From: Anaerolinea thermophila
GTDB lineage: Bacteria; Chloroflexota; Anaerolineae; Anaerolineales; Villigracilaceae
DNA: 64,000 bases
Direction of reading: 5' to 3'
NCBI GenBank assembly: GCA_020722345.1
Contig: DYKZ01000001.1
Span: 18,108-82,107 of the forward strand
The position numbers were made by a program, and so were the translations under genes. Below, in pieces: positions 42,542 through 51,948 of this stretch (position 1 is its first letter; every line of letters begins with the position of its first letter). Below the pieces are notes generated by a model. That model worked only from the letters and a program-made list of their open reading frames with translations, ran no database searches and was not told the DNA's origin.

Positions 42542-42763
42542 TCACGGAGTCTCGTCAGCGTCCCAAGCGTGGCCGCGAAGGCGATTGACTTCAAACTCGA
42601 ATCGCAGCGGGCTTGACGCAGCAAGGTGTCGGGCGACTTCTGCGGGCCGCGCCCCGCGGGGTATCGGCTTGCCGAACATGCGGCGGTAGGTTTCTTGGAG
42701 TTCATGGTTGGTCAGCTCCTTCCCAATTGTGAACAGGTCTGTCCGTATCAGTGGCGGGTTCAT
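42542..42763 (-). CDS. hypothetical protein (DUF2924-like N-terminus)
   Basis: It has LTNHELQETYRRMFGKPIPRGARPAEVARHLA. It is the first gene after promoter cassette 3. Confidence 0.5.
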   Translation of the reverse strand: MNPPLIRTDLFTIGKELTNHELQETYRRMFGKPIPRGARPAEVARHLAASSPLRFEFEVNRLRGHAWDADETP

Positions 42764-42781
42764 TTGCGCCTCGTGTGAAGA

Positions 42782-42810
42782 AGTATAGTGTCCATTTCTG
42801 AAGAAGTAAA
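42782..42810 (-). promoter_or_regulatory. Promoter cassette 3 (TTTACT-N17-TATACT)
   Basis: -10 at 42782-42787 and -35 at 42805-42810. Confidence 0.6.
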
Positions 42811-42815
42811 GTGGA

Positions 42816-43031
42816 TCAGGTTAATTCCAGCGCACGGCGGATTTCCCGCCGGACTTGAAGGCGGGCGTTGAGGGCCGCGCGGTGGTCGGAGGAAGTCCGC
42901 GAGCACGTCACCATCAGGGGCTTCCCCCTCACGGTGAAGCGGACCTTGTAGTGTCTCCGGCCCTGCTCCACCGGGTAGGCGATCCCCGCCCCCTCCAGTT
43001 CCCGCTTCGTTGCTTCCAGCGTGTCGCTCAT
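42816..43031 (-). CDS. hypothetical protein
   Basis: 71-aa ORF. Confidence 0.5.
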   Translation of the reverse strand: MSDTLEATKRELEGAGIAYPVEQGRRHYKVRFTVRGKPLMVTCSRTSSDHRAALNARLQVRREIRRALELT

Positions 43032-43041
43032 CGCGGCGTCC

Positions 43042-45465
43042 TCAGAACGGGGGTTTGTCCGACTTCGGGCCGTCCTTCAGAGGCTCCTGGGTCGGTTCGA
43101 CCTTGGGCCACTCGAACGGGCCGCCAAAGTTCTTGTCCCAGTGCGCCCGGACCTGCTCCAGCGGGGGGAGGTGGTACATGTACACGCGCTTCTTGATCAT
43201 CACCTCGAAGCCGTGTTCATTGGTCCATGGAATCTCCGCCATTTCCTGCTTCGACTGCGGCCAGCCGTCCGGGAAGGCCCGGGCAAGCCACTTGCCAAAG
43301 CCGGTGCGGCTCATGCGGAAGTTCCGGCCCTGGTCGCGGAGGTCGTTCACGTAGTCGTCATACAGGCTGTCCTTCACCACCTTGTTCCGCCAGTCCTGGT
43401 CGGTCTTGAGCAACCGACCTTCCCACAGCTTCTCATACATCCACTGGGTTTCCGGCGACATGCTCATGATCTTCTGGTCCTGCAGCGCCCGGGTCTGGGG
43501 GACCTGGCGGACCTCGAAGGCGCTCAGGTCATAGGTCAGGAGGAAGTGGAGCAGGTGCTCAAGCCCTCCGTTGTCCAGATCGTCCTTGATGCGCTTGAAA
43601 TAGGCGTGGTCCTGCTTGTGGCCCTCGCCCACCTCCATGACGAAGAACCGGCGCTCATCCAGACCCGCGGGCACCACCCAATCTTCGTTCGAGGCGAGGA
43701 CCAGGTGGACATAGTTCGGGGCCGCTTCCGCGTCCACGCCCTTGCCCTCGATCACCAGGTGTTCTTCGGTCACGAGGGTCTTGAGCACGCTTTCGTGCTT
43801 CTTGTCCCCGGCGAAGAAAGCCTCATCACCGAACAGCAGGACGGTATCGCGGAGGTGGGCGTTGAAGGAGCCCACCAGGTGCTTCGAGTCGCTGACTTGG
43901 AGGTAGTGACGCCCGAACATCGCGCCCAGGACCTTGGCGAAGAAGGACTTGCCGGTGCCGCGGCGACCGCGGAGGACCACGGCCACTTCGCCCGGGCCGT
44001 CCGGGTGCTGGACCATCCGCGCCATCCACCCGACCAGGTAGTGGTAGTGCTCCGGGTTCCCTGAGCAGACGTTGTCGCGGATGTGGTTCAGGAAGGGCAC
44101 GTGCTTCTCGCCCGGGAGGGAGTCGCACGCGAACCCGCGCCAGAGGTTGTAGGCTTCTTCGACCTCCTGACCGGGGGCAAACACGATGGTCTCATATTGG
44201 CGGCGCTGGGGGTGATCAATCCAGAAGGCTCCCGCGGCCTTCTCGATGGGCTTGCCCTCCTCCGAGTGCCCAACCACCACCTTGATGTGGCGGTAGCGGT
44301 TGCGGAAGTCCTCGAAGGACTGCTTGCTGATTTTGGTCCGCTTCATCGCCGGGTCCCAGACCTCGCTGATGATGCGGCACTTCCCGCCGATGTCTGCGAT
44401 GACGGCGTGCTTCTCGTTGAGCTTGCGCAGCCAAGGGTCCACCGCCTCCTCGTGGGCACGTTCGATCTGCCGCAGGGCGTAGCCTTCCCAGTTCGGCTTG
44501 TCTCTGACGCTCGCGGCGATTTCGTTGGAGCCGGTGATCACCGCGAAGATCATTTCATCAGGGACCTCCGCCCGCACGAGGTCGCAGCAGACCTTGAACA
44601 AGGCTTCCGACCGGGAGGGGTACTTGGTCGGGTCCAGCGGGTCCTGCCCAGTAGCAATCAGCGCCAGCACGTGGTCGCTGATAGCCTTCCCATGCTCATG
44701 GGCCCACTCCCGCAGCTCCTCCGTCCCGATGTCCGGGACGTTGCCCGTGATCTTCACCTTCGGACGGCCCCCGGCCAGGCCCTGCTCCGCCATCTGAACT
44801 CGAACCGCGGGGGTGAATTGTTCGATGGGGTAGCTGGCGTCATTCCACTCCACGAGACGGGCGAGGGTCGGCTGGCGACCCTTCTTGACCTTCTTCGCGG
44901 TGGGCAGGTTGATCGTGCCCGGGAGGCGCATGATGCGGTCCACGTTGTGGCAGTGGTCCGCCTGAAACACCTTCTCCAGCTGGATGTTGTAGGCTTCCAG
45001 CTCCTGAGCCTTCGCCACCGATCCGGCGATGTCCAGCTTGTCGGACGGGTTCAGACGCCAAAAGCCCTGATAGCCCCCGCCCGAGTCGATGATGACCGTG
45101 GGCTTGGGCGTGTAGGACTGGAGCAGCTTCAGAGCCCGCGCCCGCTCCTCCTCGAAGTCCTCCCCGGCTCGCGGGTCGATGTCCACGTGAAGCCACGCGA
45201 GGCGGGCCATGTCCTCCTTCGAGGCTTTCACGTCCATCGCCCGGCGGACCGGGTTCACGTGGAAGTACAGGTTGCGCTTGCCCTGGTGCCCTTCGATCCA
45301 CTCCGCGGCTTTCTGCCAGCGGTCGGGCATGAATGTGACCGTCTCCGTTTTCCCGTCCGGGATGATGGCCGTCAGGACCCACGGCCCCTCCGGGCACCAC
45401 TTCTTCAGGAAGTCGATTGCGTACTTGGTCTTGTGGGCCGGCAGCTCGTTGTTTGATTTCGCCAT
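43042..45465 (-). CDS. bifunctional primase-polymerase (AEP) / SF3 helicase
   Basis: The AEP part has NLYFHVNPV and WLHVDIDP. The SF3 part has Walker A LRGRRGTGKSFF and Walker B VLLFGDEA. Confidence 0.85.
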   Translation of the reverse strand: MAKSNNELPAHKTKYAIDFLKKWCPEGPWVLTAIIPDGKTETVTFMPDRWQKAAEWIEGHQGKRNLYFHVNPVRRAMDVKASKEDMARLAWLHVDIDPRAGEDFEEERARALKLLQSYTPKPTVIIDSGGGYQGFWRLNPSDKLDIAGSVAKAQELEAYNIQLEKVFQADHCHNVDRIMRLPGTINLPTAKKVKKGRQPTLARLVEWNDASYPIEQFTPAVRVQMAEQGLAGGRPKVKITGNVPDIGTEELREWAHEHGKAISDHVLALIATGQDPLDPTKYPSRSEALFKVCCDLVRAEVPDEMIFAVITGSNEIAASVRDKPNWEGYALRQIERAHEEAVDPWLRKLNEKHAVIADIGGKCRIISEVWDPAMKRTKISKQSFEDFRNRYRHIKVVVGHSEEGKPIEKAAGAFWIDHPQRRQYETIVFAPGQEVEEAYNLWRGFACDSLPGEKHVPFLNHIRDNVCSGNPEHYHYLVGWMARMVQHPDGPGEVAVVLRGRRGTGKSFFAKVLGAMFGRHYLQVSDSKHLVGSFNAHLRDTVLLFGDEAFFAGDKKHESVLKTLVTEEHLVIEGKGVDAEAAPNYVHLVLASNEDWVVPAGLDERRFFVMEVGEGHKQDHAYFKRIKDDLDNGGLEHLLHFLLTYDLSAFEVRQVPQTRALQDQKIMSMSPETQWMYEKLWEGRLLKTDQDWRNKVVKDSLYDDYVNDLRDQGRNFRMSRTGFGKWLARAFPDGWPQSKQEMAEIPWTNEHGFEVMIKKRVYMYHLPPLEQVRAHWDKNFGGPFEWPKVEPTQEPLKDGPKSDKPPF

Positions 45466-45468
45466 TCC

Positions 45469-45795
45469 TTACGCCCCCCAATATTCAACAAGCCGCTCAA
45501 CCGGGGCCTTGCCGCCCTCCATCTGGATCACCCAGAGCCTGGTACAACCGATGGCGGCAGCGACTTCCCGCTGTGTCTTGCCCGCCCGGCGGCGGAGCAG
45601 GAAGCAGACCTCATGGGGCTTCACCTCCCCCAGGTGACGGCGCGGTTGATCGTCCAGGCGGCGGTCCGCTTCCCATTCACGGTAGCGGTCCGGGGGCACC
45701 CCGTACTCCTTCGCGGCCTCAATCTGATTGAGACCCTTGCGGCGGCGGTGTAGCAGTAGGCGTTCGCCTTTGGTTGGTGTCACTGTAGCAGCCAT
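45469..45795 (-). CDS. transcriptional regulator with two XRE-type HTH repeats
   Basis: The repeats are RRRKGLNQIEAAKEYGVPPDRYREWE and RRRAGKTQREVAAAIGCTRLWVIQME. Confidence 0.65.
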   Translation of the reverse strand: MAATVTPTKGERLLLHRRRKGLNQIEAAKEYGVPPDRYREWEADRRLDDQPRRHLGEVKPHEVCFLLRRRAGKTQREVAAAIGCTRLWVIQMEGGKAPVERLVEYWGA

Positions 45796-46181
45796 TTACA
45801 AATCTCCTCAGTTCTAGGTTTGCGCGTCCACCGCGCCTTACAAATCTCATACAGCCGTTCGCGCGGGACGTTGCCCAGCTCGACCGCGGCCACGGCTCCG
45901 TCGAACAGAAGCCACTCCGAGGTCCCGACCTTCAGCAGGACGAAAGCCCGGCCCCCGGCCTTCCGTCGCTTAGTCAACCAAGCCCGCTGCTCCTTCGTGA
46001 AGTGATCCACTCGGAGCGGCCCGCCCCGCGGAGGCCAGCGGTCCGCGAACTTGAGCTCAATCCACCCTTGGGTGTAATTGACATCCGGGATACCGGAGCC
46101 GGTCGCCCGGCTCTCAATCCGCACCGGGTCCACCTTCTTCAGGACCGGGCGGAGGGCGTCCCACATCGCGCTCTCACTCAT
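45780..46181 (-). CDS. VRR-NUC / PD-(D/E)xK nuclease
   Basis: GIPDVNYTQGWIELKF fits D-x(n)-E-x-K. 133 aa. Confidence 0.6.
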   Translation of the reverse strand: MSESAMWDALRPVLKKVDPVRIESRATGSGIPDVNYTQGWIELKFADRWPPRGGPLRVDHFTKEQRAWLTKRRKAGGRAFVLLKVGTSEWLLFDGAVAAVELGNVPRERLYEICKARWTRKPRTEEICKWLLQ

Positions 46182-46635
46182 TCAGCACCTCCAGCGCAAT
46201 TCCGTGGTGAGCGGCGACCTCCTGGGAGCGGATGAACCGTTGGGTCCAGTCTCCAACCCAACGGGCGGTCCGCCCCAGCGTCTGGAGCAGCGGGGGGACT
46301 ATCCGACTCGCCCCGGCCTCCGCGGCGCGCTCTACGCAATCGGGACAGCAGGGAGAAGAAATATAGAGCGCGAAGCCACTCGCCGTCTGCCCGAGGAAGT
46401 TGAGGGCGTTCCCCTCCGCGTGTACTACGCGCTTGTACTTGTAATCCCCGTCCAGGTATAGCTCCGGCGAATCATCGTGCCAGGGCGGGAAGCCGTTGAA
46501 TCCGGCGGACGCGACGGAGTTGTTGGGCCGAACGAGGACCGCCCCCACCTTCGTGGACGGGTCTTTGCTCCAGCGCGCGATCGTTCGCGCCAGCTCGATG
46601 TAGCGGCGGTCCCACTTAAGCTGGCGCTCGTTCAC
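46174..46635 (-). CDS. dCMP deaminase (start uncertain; GTG 46635 proposed, track ORF runs to 46734)
   Basis: It has the zinc motifs HAEGNAL and SPCCPDC. The longer start would overlap the methylase gene. Confidence 0.8.
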   Translation of the reverse strand: MNERQLKWDRRYIELARTIARWSKDPSTKVGAVLVRPNNSVASAGFNGFPPWHDDSPELYLDGDYKYKRVVHAEGNALNFLGQTASGFALYISSPCCPDCVERAAEAGASRIVPPLLQTLGRTARWVGDWTQRFIRSQEVAAHHGIALEVLNE

Positions 46636-46676
46636 ATCAGCAACCCTTTGGGCGAAGCGCAGGAATGTCTTGTCCC

Positions 46677-47249
46677 TTACTCCCCCCCCGCCCAAGCAAT
46701 CGGACCATCGACCTCGTCCCCCCAGGCGTCCCAACCGTCGTGGACCTTCCGGGCGAAGAGTTCCAGCCGCCGGGCGTCCGGGAAACGCTCCTCAATCATC
46801 TGGCGGAAGATCGCGGGCTTCTCCGAGTGCCTGCCGGGGAACTCCGCCTCAACGATGGTCCACTGGTTCGAAGCGGCCTGCAGCTTGTTCATCCCTTTGC
46901 CCCGGGTAAAGAGCAGCAGGAACTCCGCGTCAGTCATCCCCCAGGGCCCAACAACCCCGTGGCGGTTCCCATTCTTGGTCTTCTTTGACCAGACCTTGTC
47001 CAGTCGGATATAGCGGAAGCCCCAGGCCCGACCGACCGTCAATGCGTCCTCCAGGAATGGAGACGTTGCCCAGAGGAATAGCGCGGCGGTATCCTCTGCC
47101 AGTTCTCGCACCGGGAGCGCGGCGATCTCCTTCGTCGGCATAGTCCGATAGTCGAGCGGCCCGAAACGACCCCCGCGCGGCCCTCCGCTGCCGTACTCCC
47201 AGGCCGGGTCGGCGTACAGCACGTTGTACTTCTTCTTCTTGTCGTTCAT
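46677..47249 (-). CDS. MT-A70 family N6-adenine DNA methyltransferase
   Basis: VLYADPAWEY is a DPPW-type catalytic motif. ATG 47249 has AAGGAG upstream. Confidence 0.8.
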   Translation of the reverse strand: MNDKKKKYNVLYADPAWEYGSGGPRGGRFGPLDYRTMPTKEIAALPVRELAEDTAALFLWATSPFLEDALTVGRAWGFRYIRLDKVWSKKTKNGNRHGVVGPWGMTDAEFLLLFTRGKGMNKLQAASNQWTIVEAEFPGRHSEKPAIFRQMIEERFPDARRLELFARKVHDGWDAWGDEVDGPIAWAGGE

Positions 47250-47286
47250 CTCAACTCCTTCAGCAAGTTCTTCAATTGGCGCAGCT

Positions 47287-49269
47287 TCATCCATCGAATC
47301 CCATAGAGTGGCCCCAACTCTTCCCGATCTCCACGTCCACCTTTGACGGGAGTTCGAGCGGGGTACTGTTGCGCATGATCTCCGCAGCGCGTTCCGCTTC
47401 GTCGCGGTTCTTCACGCTGAAGGCGATCTCATCGTGGACCTGGAGGATGATGTCCAGGCCCGCCTCAGCGCAGGCCACCATGGCCATCTTCGTCTGATCC
47501 GCGGAGGAGCCCTGGATCAGCCGGTTCAGGGCTTTGTGCGCCCAGTCGAAGTTGCCGTGCGGGTCCTTCGGGAAGCGGCACCGGCGACCGCTCAGGGTCG
47601 TGATGTAGCCCACGGCCTTCGCGCGCTGCTCGCACGCCTTGGCCAACCGCTTGACGAAGGGCACCTTGGCGTCGAAGGTGTCCAGGAGCCGCTGCCCTTC
47701 CGGCCCCGCCGCCTCGAACCGCCGCGCGCCTTCCGCCGCCAGCCGCTGCCCCTCTGGGCTGGTCGCGTCATAGAGGACGCCCCGAGGACCGCGGACCGCC
47801 ATCATGGTCGGGAGCCCGAGCTTGCGGCACATCTTCGCCCCACCCATCCCGTAGGACAGGCCCAGGTAGATTTCCTTGGCGGCTTTCCGCTTGATCCCGG
47901 CCATGTCCGCCATCATCTGGTGGTTGTCCGTGTTCGGGTCGTTGCGGTAGGCGTCCCGGGCGGCGAGCGCGGACCGCCAGGCGTGTTCCCCGATCAGCCC
48001 CCGAGCCAAGCAGGCGTAGTGAACCGCCATCCGCGGCTCCTGCTGGCTGTAGTCGTTGGACGCCCACATCTCGCCCTCCTCCGGGAGGTAGATGGCCCGC
48101 CACATCATGGCGAACTCATCCCGAGCCGGTTGCTGCTGGAGGTTCGGGTGTTCGCTGGACAGTCGCCCGTAGGCAGCGCCCGCGGTCCCGTCGCTTTCGT
48201 CATCCTTCTGGCGGCGGAGCTGGTTGAACGTCCCGTGAAGGCGACCGTTCACCATGTGGTCCCGGACGGAGCTGGCGAAGGTCGTGCGCAGCTTGTTCAC
48301 CTTCCGGGCACGTTCGAGGAGGTCCGCCACGGGGTGGTCGATTGAGCCCAGCAGCTCCTTGTCGATGTTGGGCTTGTCCTGGGAGGTCTTGTTCAGCTTG
48401 ATCCCGATGTGTTCGAGGGCGGGGGCGATCACCTCCGGCTTCCAGACATCGCCCACGGCGATCCGGTGGCCGGTGATCGACCGGACTTGGGCCAGGGCCT
48501 CCGTCTCCTTCTCCAGCGCCCAACGCTCAATCATGTCCAGGCGGTCGCAGTCGATTCGGACGCCCCGGCGGCGAAGGCCCGTGAGGATCGGGAGCAGCTT
48601 GGACTCCAGATTGTACACGCCCCAGAGGTCCTGCTCATCAATCTCCCGCTCCTGGCGGCGGAGGATGTTCAGAGGCAGGCGCGTGTCCTCCTCCGCGTAC
48701 TTCCCGACAAACTTGGCCGGGAGCATCCACATGTCCTTCTTCGGGTCAATCCCATAATCGACCGCGGCGGCACGCAGCAGGGCTTCGTCCTTGCCGTGGA
48801 AGCCCCACCGCTCCGCGATAGCTTGCATGCTGTAGCTGTCGTGGAGTTCGCAGATCAGCGGGTCAGCGATCTGGATGTCGCGGAAGTAGCGGACCCGCTC
48901 GAACTCGATGCCGTCCCCGGCGAGGAAGTCCAGGTCATACGGGAGGTTGGCCCCCACGAGGTCGCCGGTGAACACCTTTGCCTGGGCGCGGAGGTAGGCC
49001 AGCACGCCCTCCAGCGGAAGGTTGCCCCCGCCTTCGTGTCTGATGGGCAAGTACCCGCCCGGGCCGTCCTCGATTGCGAAGCTGATGCCGGTGATGTAGC
49101 TGTTCGGGCGACGGCCCGCCCCCGGCCCGAGTTTGCGCAGGTCCGGGTCCCGCGTCTCGCAGTCGATGGCGACCCGCTTGGCCCCCTCCCACGAGGGGAG
49201 GGTGTTGAGGTCCGGGGCCCCCCAGTCGCTGGAGACGGTCGTGAACAGGGGTGGTTGGAGGTATGACAT
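47287..49269 (-). CDS. Family A DNA polymerase with 3'-5' exonuclease
   Basis: Exo VAIDCETRD, motif A NDYSQQEPR, motif B RKAAKEIYLGLSYGMG, motif C ILQVHDEIAF. Confidence 0.9.
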   Translation of the reverse strand: MSYLQPPLFTTVSSDWGAPDLNTLPSWEGAKRVAIDCETRDPDLRKLGPGAGRRPNSYITGISFAIEDGPGGYLPIRHEGGGNLPLEGVLAYLRAQAKVFTGDLVGANLPYDLDFLAGDGIEFERVRYFRDIQIADPLICELHDSYSMQAIAERWGFHGKDEALLRAAAVDYGIDPKKDMWMLPAKFVGKYAEEDTRLPLNILRRQEREIDEQDLWGVYNLESKLLPILTGLRRRGVRIDCDRLDMIERWALEKETEALAQVRSITGHRIAVGDVWKPEVIAPALEHIGIKLNKTSQDKPNIDKELLGSIDHPVADLLERARKVNKLRTTFASSVRDHMVNGRLHGTFNQLRRQKDDESDGTAGAAYGRLSSEHPNLQQQPARDEFAMMWRAIYLPEEGEMWASNDYSQQEPRMAVHYACLARGLIGEHAWRSALAARDAYRNDPNTDNHQMMADMAGIKRKAAKEIYLGLSYGMGGAKMCRKLGLPTMMAVRGPRGVLYDATSPEGQRLAAEGARRFEAAGPEGQRLLDTFDAKVPFVKRLAKACEQRAKAVGYITTLSGRRCRFPKDPHGNFDWAHKALNRLIQGSSADQTKMAMVACAEAGLDIILQVHDEIAFSVKNRDEAERAAEIMRNSTPLELPSKVDVEIGKSWGHSMGFDG

Positions 49270-49655
49270 CAGGCTCCCACCTCCGCAATCATCTTGCGCA
49301 GGAGGTTCAGGGCCGCGGTCAGCTCCGGGTCGGACTCCCAGAAGGTGAGGATGCGGACCACTTCGGCTTCGTCCTCCGTCAGCCCGTTCGCGGCGGCGAA
49401 GGCGCCCGGGGTAATGACCACGGGGGCGGGGCGGGGCAGAAGGACCCCGTTGCGGTACAGGTCCTGGATCTTCTCCACGTAGTGGATCGCCTTCTCAAGG
49501 TCCTGGCGCGGGTCCTCGTACTTCTTGCGGTTGCGGGTCGCGTACTTGGTCGCGCAGCCTTCGGTGTAGCGGAGGCCGTTCAGCTCCACGTAGTCCCAGT
49601 GTTGGACGGGCGAGCGGTAGTGCTCACCGCCCACTTGCTTTTCGTTCACGCTCAT
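49269..49655 (-). CDS. DUF3310-family protein
   Basis: It has GGEHYRSPVQHWDY...GCATKYATRNRKK...DLEKAIHY. Confidence 0.6.
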   Translation of the reverse strand: MSVNEKQVGGEHYRSPVQHWDYVELNGLRYTEGCATKYATRNRKKYEDPRQDLEKAIHYVEKIQDLYRNGVLLPRPAPVVITPGAFAAANGLTEDEAEVVRILTFWESDPELTAALNLLRKMIAEVGA

Positions 49656-49851
49656 CTTGTAACTCCTTCATCAGTTCCCGGAGCCGGAGTGTTTGCTGGC
49701 GGTACAAGTACCCAAAACACCCGTGCCCCCCGTTCATCATATCTGTATGGACCTTGCGGAGGTGCGCAGCGAGTTCTTCCACCGTGTCGAAGGCGTAGAA
49801 CTTCAGCTGCGGGTCCTCCGCCCAATCACGTCGCAGCTTCTCCAAGTCCAT
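49624..49851 (-). CDS. hypothetical protein
   Basis: ATG 49851 has GAGGAGG upstream. 75 aa. Confidence 0.45.
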   Translation of the reverse strand: MDLEKLRRDWAEDPQLKFYAFDTVEELAAHLRKVHTDMMNGGHGCFGYLYRQQTLRLRELMKELQDERERKASGR

Positions 49852-50461
49852 CGCGCACCACCTCCTCGAAGAAGTCCGAGAGACGGCGATGCGGCTGGTG
49901 CTTCGCTGCCACGTAGAAGGCACGGACGGGTTCGGGCAGACTACCCTCCAGGCCCCGCTTCTCCGTCACCGCCTCGCATGCCCTCCGCATGGCCGTGACC
50001 GCTTCGTTGCCCAGGGCTTCTTCCTCCCGGCACCACAGCCACAGTTCGAGGGTGTCCACGGCCTTCAACCAGTCCTCCTCGTCAGGGAGAAGGCCCGGGA
50101 GCAGGCCCAGGGTCGCCAGCACGCGGCGTTCCGCCTCCTCATACACCTTCCCGAGTTCGGAGTGGGTCCACTTCGCCGGGGCCGGGATGTCGCCCAACCA
50201 ACGCTCCGCGCAGTCGTGCCACTGGACCGCCTTGATCAGGTTCAGCGACGGGTGCGGGTGGAGCAGAAGCAGGAGGCTCACGGCCCCGTAGCTGTGCTGG
50301 GCGATGTTGTACTGACCGTGGTGCGGGACGATGTGGCACCGGCGGACCGTCCCGGCCTCCCGGGTCGCGGCGATCCGGGTCAGGAGCGGGCGGGCGGCGT
50401 GGCGGTTCAGCTCCTCCGCCTCGCGCTCCTCGTCATGAATCTTGCTCATCAGGCTTCCCAT
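49826..50461 (-). CDS. HD-domain phosphohydrolase (YfbR-like 5'-deoxynucleotidase)
   Basis: It has NIAQHSYGAV and VQWHDCAERWLGDIPAP. GAGGAG RBS. Confidence 0.7.
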   Translation of the reverse strand: MGSLMSKIHDEEREAEELNRHAARPLLTRIAATREAGTVRRCHIVPHHGQYNIAQHSYGAVSLLLLLHPHPSLNLIKAVQWHDCAERWLGDIPAPAKWTHSELGKVYEEAERRVLATLGLLPGLLPDEEDWLKAVDTLELWLWCREEEALGNEAVTAMRRACEAVTEKRGLEGSLPEPVRAFYVAAKHQPHRRLSDFFEEVVRDGLGEAAT

Positions 50462-50473
50462 TGTTCCGTCTCC

Positions 50474-51529
50474 TCACTCATATGCCACGCCATCGTCCAT
50501 CGCCCGGGCCTTGCGAGCCTCGAAGGCGGCGCGGCGGCGTTCGATCCATTCCACCCCGGCCAGCTTCCAGTCGGTGGCGGCGACGTTGTCCAGCTCCGCC
50601 AAGGCGGCGTCAAAGCGGGAGGGGTTGGAGGTCTGCTTGAAAGCCTTGTGGGCCTTCAGCATCGGGATCGCCACGCGACGGAAGAACGGGTCACGGAAGC
50701 CCATGGCGTCCGGCTCGCTCAGGAACATCATCAGCTCCTGGTTCCACTCCTCCGGGTCCGTGGACATCAGCGGGTACGGCTCCGCGATCCCGGCGGCGTA
50801 GGGGTCGGGCGTCTCCTTCCCGGTCATCGGGTTGGCGGCGAGGTCCGCGAGCGGGGCGACCTTGTCCAGCACCTCCTCATAGGCGTGGAAGTTGGCGCTG
50901 ACCTGACGATACACGCCCTGCTCCACGCCCACGGAGCGGGCGACGTACTCATGGAGGTAGCTGAAGTGGACCGCGTTGGCCCCGTAGGCTCCCCAGATCA
51001 GGTCGTTGGAGCGGTTGGTCACGGTCATGTCCAGGCGACCGTCGCAGGCGATCTGGAAGATGGCCTGAAGGTTGCACGGGAGGTCCTTGCCTTGACGGCC
51101 CAGGTCCGCGTCCGCGTCCCACATCGACAGGACCTGGCGGCGGTCATCGCGGTTCGCCTTCAGGGCGGCGATGATCTTGGGCAGCTGGTCCTCGAAGAAG
51201 TGCTGGCGCCAGCGGAAGCCGTAGGCCCCATGGAAGGTCAGGCCGTCATCCGAGTAGCTGCGCATGCGGTCCACGAAGCGGGCGACGTACTCCACATCAT
51301 TGCGTCCGCCCAGCATCCAGAGGCTTTCCATCAGGTGGAAGAAGGGGTTGGCGTCCCGTTCCGCCCAGAACAGCACGCGCTCCGCCGGGCGGAGGTACAC
51401 GGTGGTGACGGGTTCCGGGAACATGAACACGGGGCCGTTGCGCGAGTCGCGGCGGACGCCCTCGAAGGACAGTTGATACAGGGCCTCCGGGAGGGCCTGT
51501 TGTACGTTGCGGGTCTTGATGACTTTCAT
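50474..51529 (-). CDS. thymidylate-synthase-family enzyme, probable pyrimidine (dUMP) hydroxymethylase
   Basis: It has RNGP, FHLMESLWML, the catalytic Cys context KDLPCN, and NRSNDL. At 351 aa it is larger and more divergent than ThyA. It lies next to the hmU-processing genes. Confidence 0.8.
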   Translation of the reverse strand: MKVIKTRNVQQALPEALYQLSFEGVRRDSRNGPVFMFPEPVTTVYLRPAERVLFWAERDANPFFHLMESLWMLGGRNDVEYVARFVDRMRSYSDDGLTFHGAYGFRWRQHFFEDQLPKIIAALKANRDDRRQVLSMWDADADLGRQGKDLPCNLQAIFQIACDGRLDMTVTNRSNDLIWGAYGANAVHFSYLHEYVARSVGVEQGVYRQVSANFHAYEEVLDKVAPLADLAANPMTGKETPDPYAAGIAEPYPLMSTDPEEWNQELMMFLSEPDAMGFRDPFFRRVAIPMLKAHKAFKQTSNPSRFDAALAELDNVAATDWKLAGVEWIERRRAAFEARKARAMDDGVAYE

Positions 51530-51638
51530 TTCTTGTTAAACTCCACGAAGATGACGTTGCCGGTCCGGCGAAGGACGCGGGGGCGAGGGAGCCAGACCAA
51601 CCACCAGCTCCAGTACCACCAGAACGGCGAGAAGATCA
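51525..51638 (-). CDS. 37-aa Trp-rich hydrophobic micro-ORF, not in ORF track
   Basis: AGGAGG RBS. The product is MIFSPFWWYWSWWLVWLPRPRVLRRTGNVIFVEFNKK. ATGA overlap with the TS-family gene. Confidence 0.35.
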
Positions 51639-51651
51639 TGGCCCCCTCCTG

Positions 51652-51893
51652 TTAAGCCGAAGCGGTCTGCGGCGGAAGGCCCAGGCGGGCGTTCAGGTCC
51701 TTGATCGGCAGCGCGATAGCCCGGGACGGCGATTCAACCGCGAAGGGGCGGGCGAACTGCTCCACCTCCGGCCAGACCTGAATCAGCTTGTTGACCGTGG
51801 TCACGCTTTCGAGGACGGCCCAGGCTCCGGTCTTGGCCTCCTCGCGCTCGCGCTTGAACTGGGCGCGGTCCTTTTGGACAGACGTACAGCCAT
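51652..51893 (-). pseudogene. Small gene with apparent -1 frame break at an A4 run (pseudogene, recoding or sequencing error)
   Basis: ATG 51893 (GGAGAA RBS) reads MAVRLSK and then a junk frame that stops after 30 codons. The -1 frame reads KDRAQFKREREEAKTGAWAVLESVTTVNKLIQVWPEVEQFARPFAVESPSRAIALPIKDLNARLGLPPQTASA through to TAA 51652. Confidence 0.4.
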
Positions 51894-51948
51894 GATGGTT
51901 TCTCCATTTCGTTGGTGCCGCCGGAATGGTCCGGCGGCGGGGTTTCGA

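Noticed and set aside
45469-45795. The tandem-HTH protein as a CI-like lysogeny repressor, which would make this a temperate phage or prophage.
   Set aside because: The window has no integrase, excisionase, attachment site or divergent cro-type switch, and the gene is co-transcribed with the replication genes. A lytic-cycle regulator is more likely.
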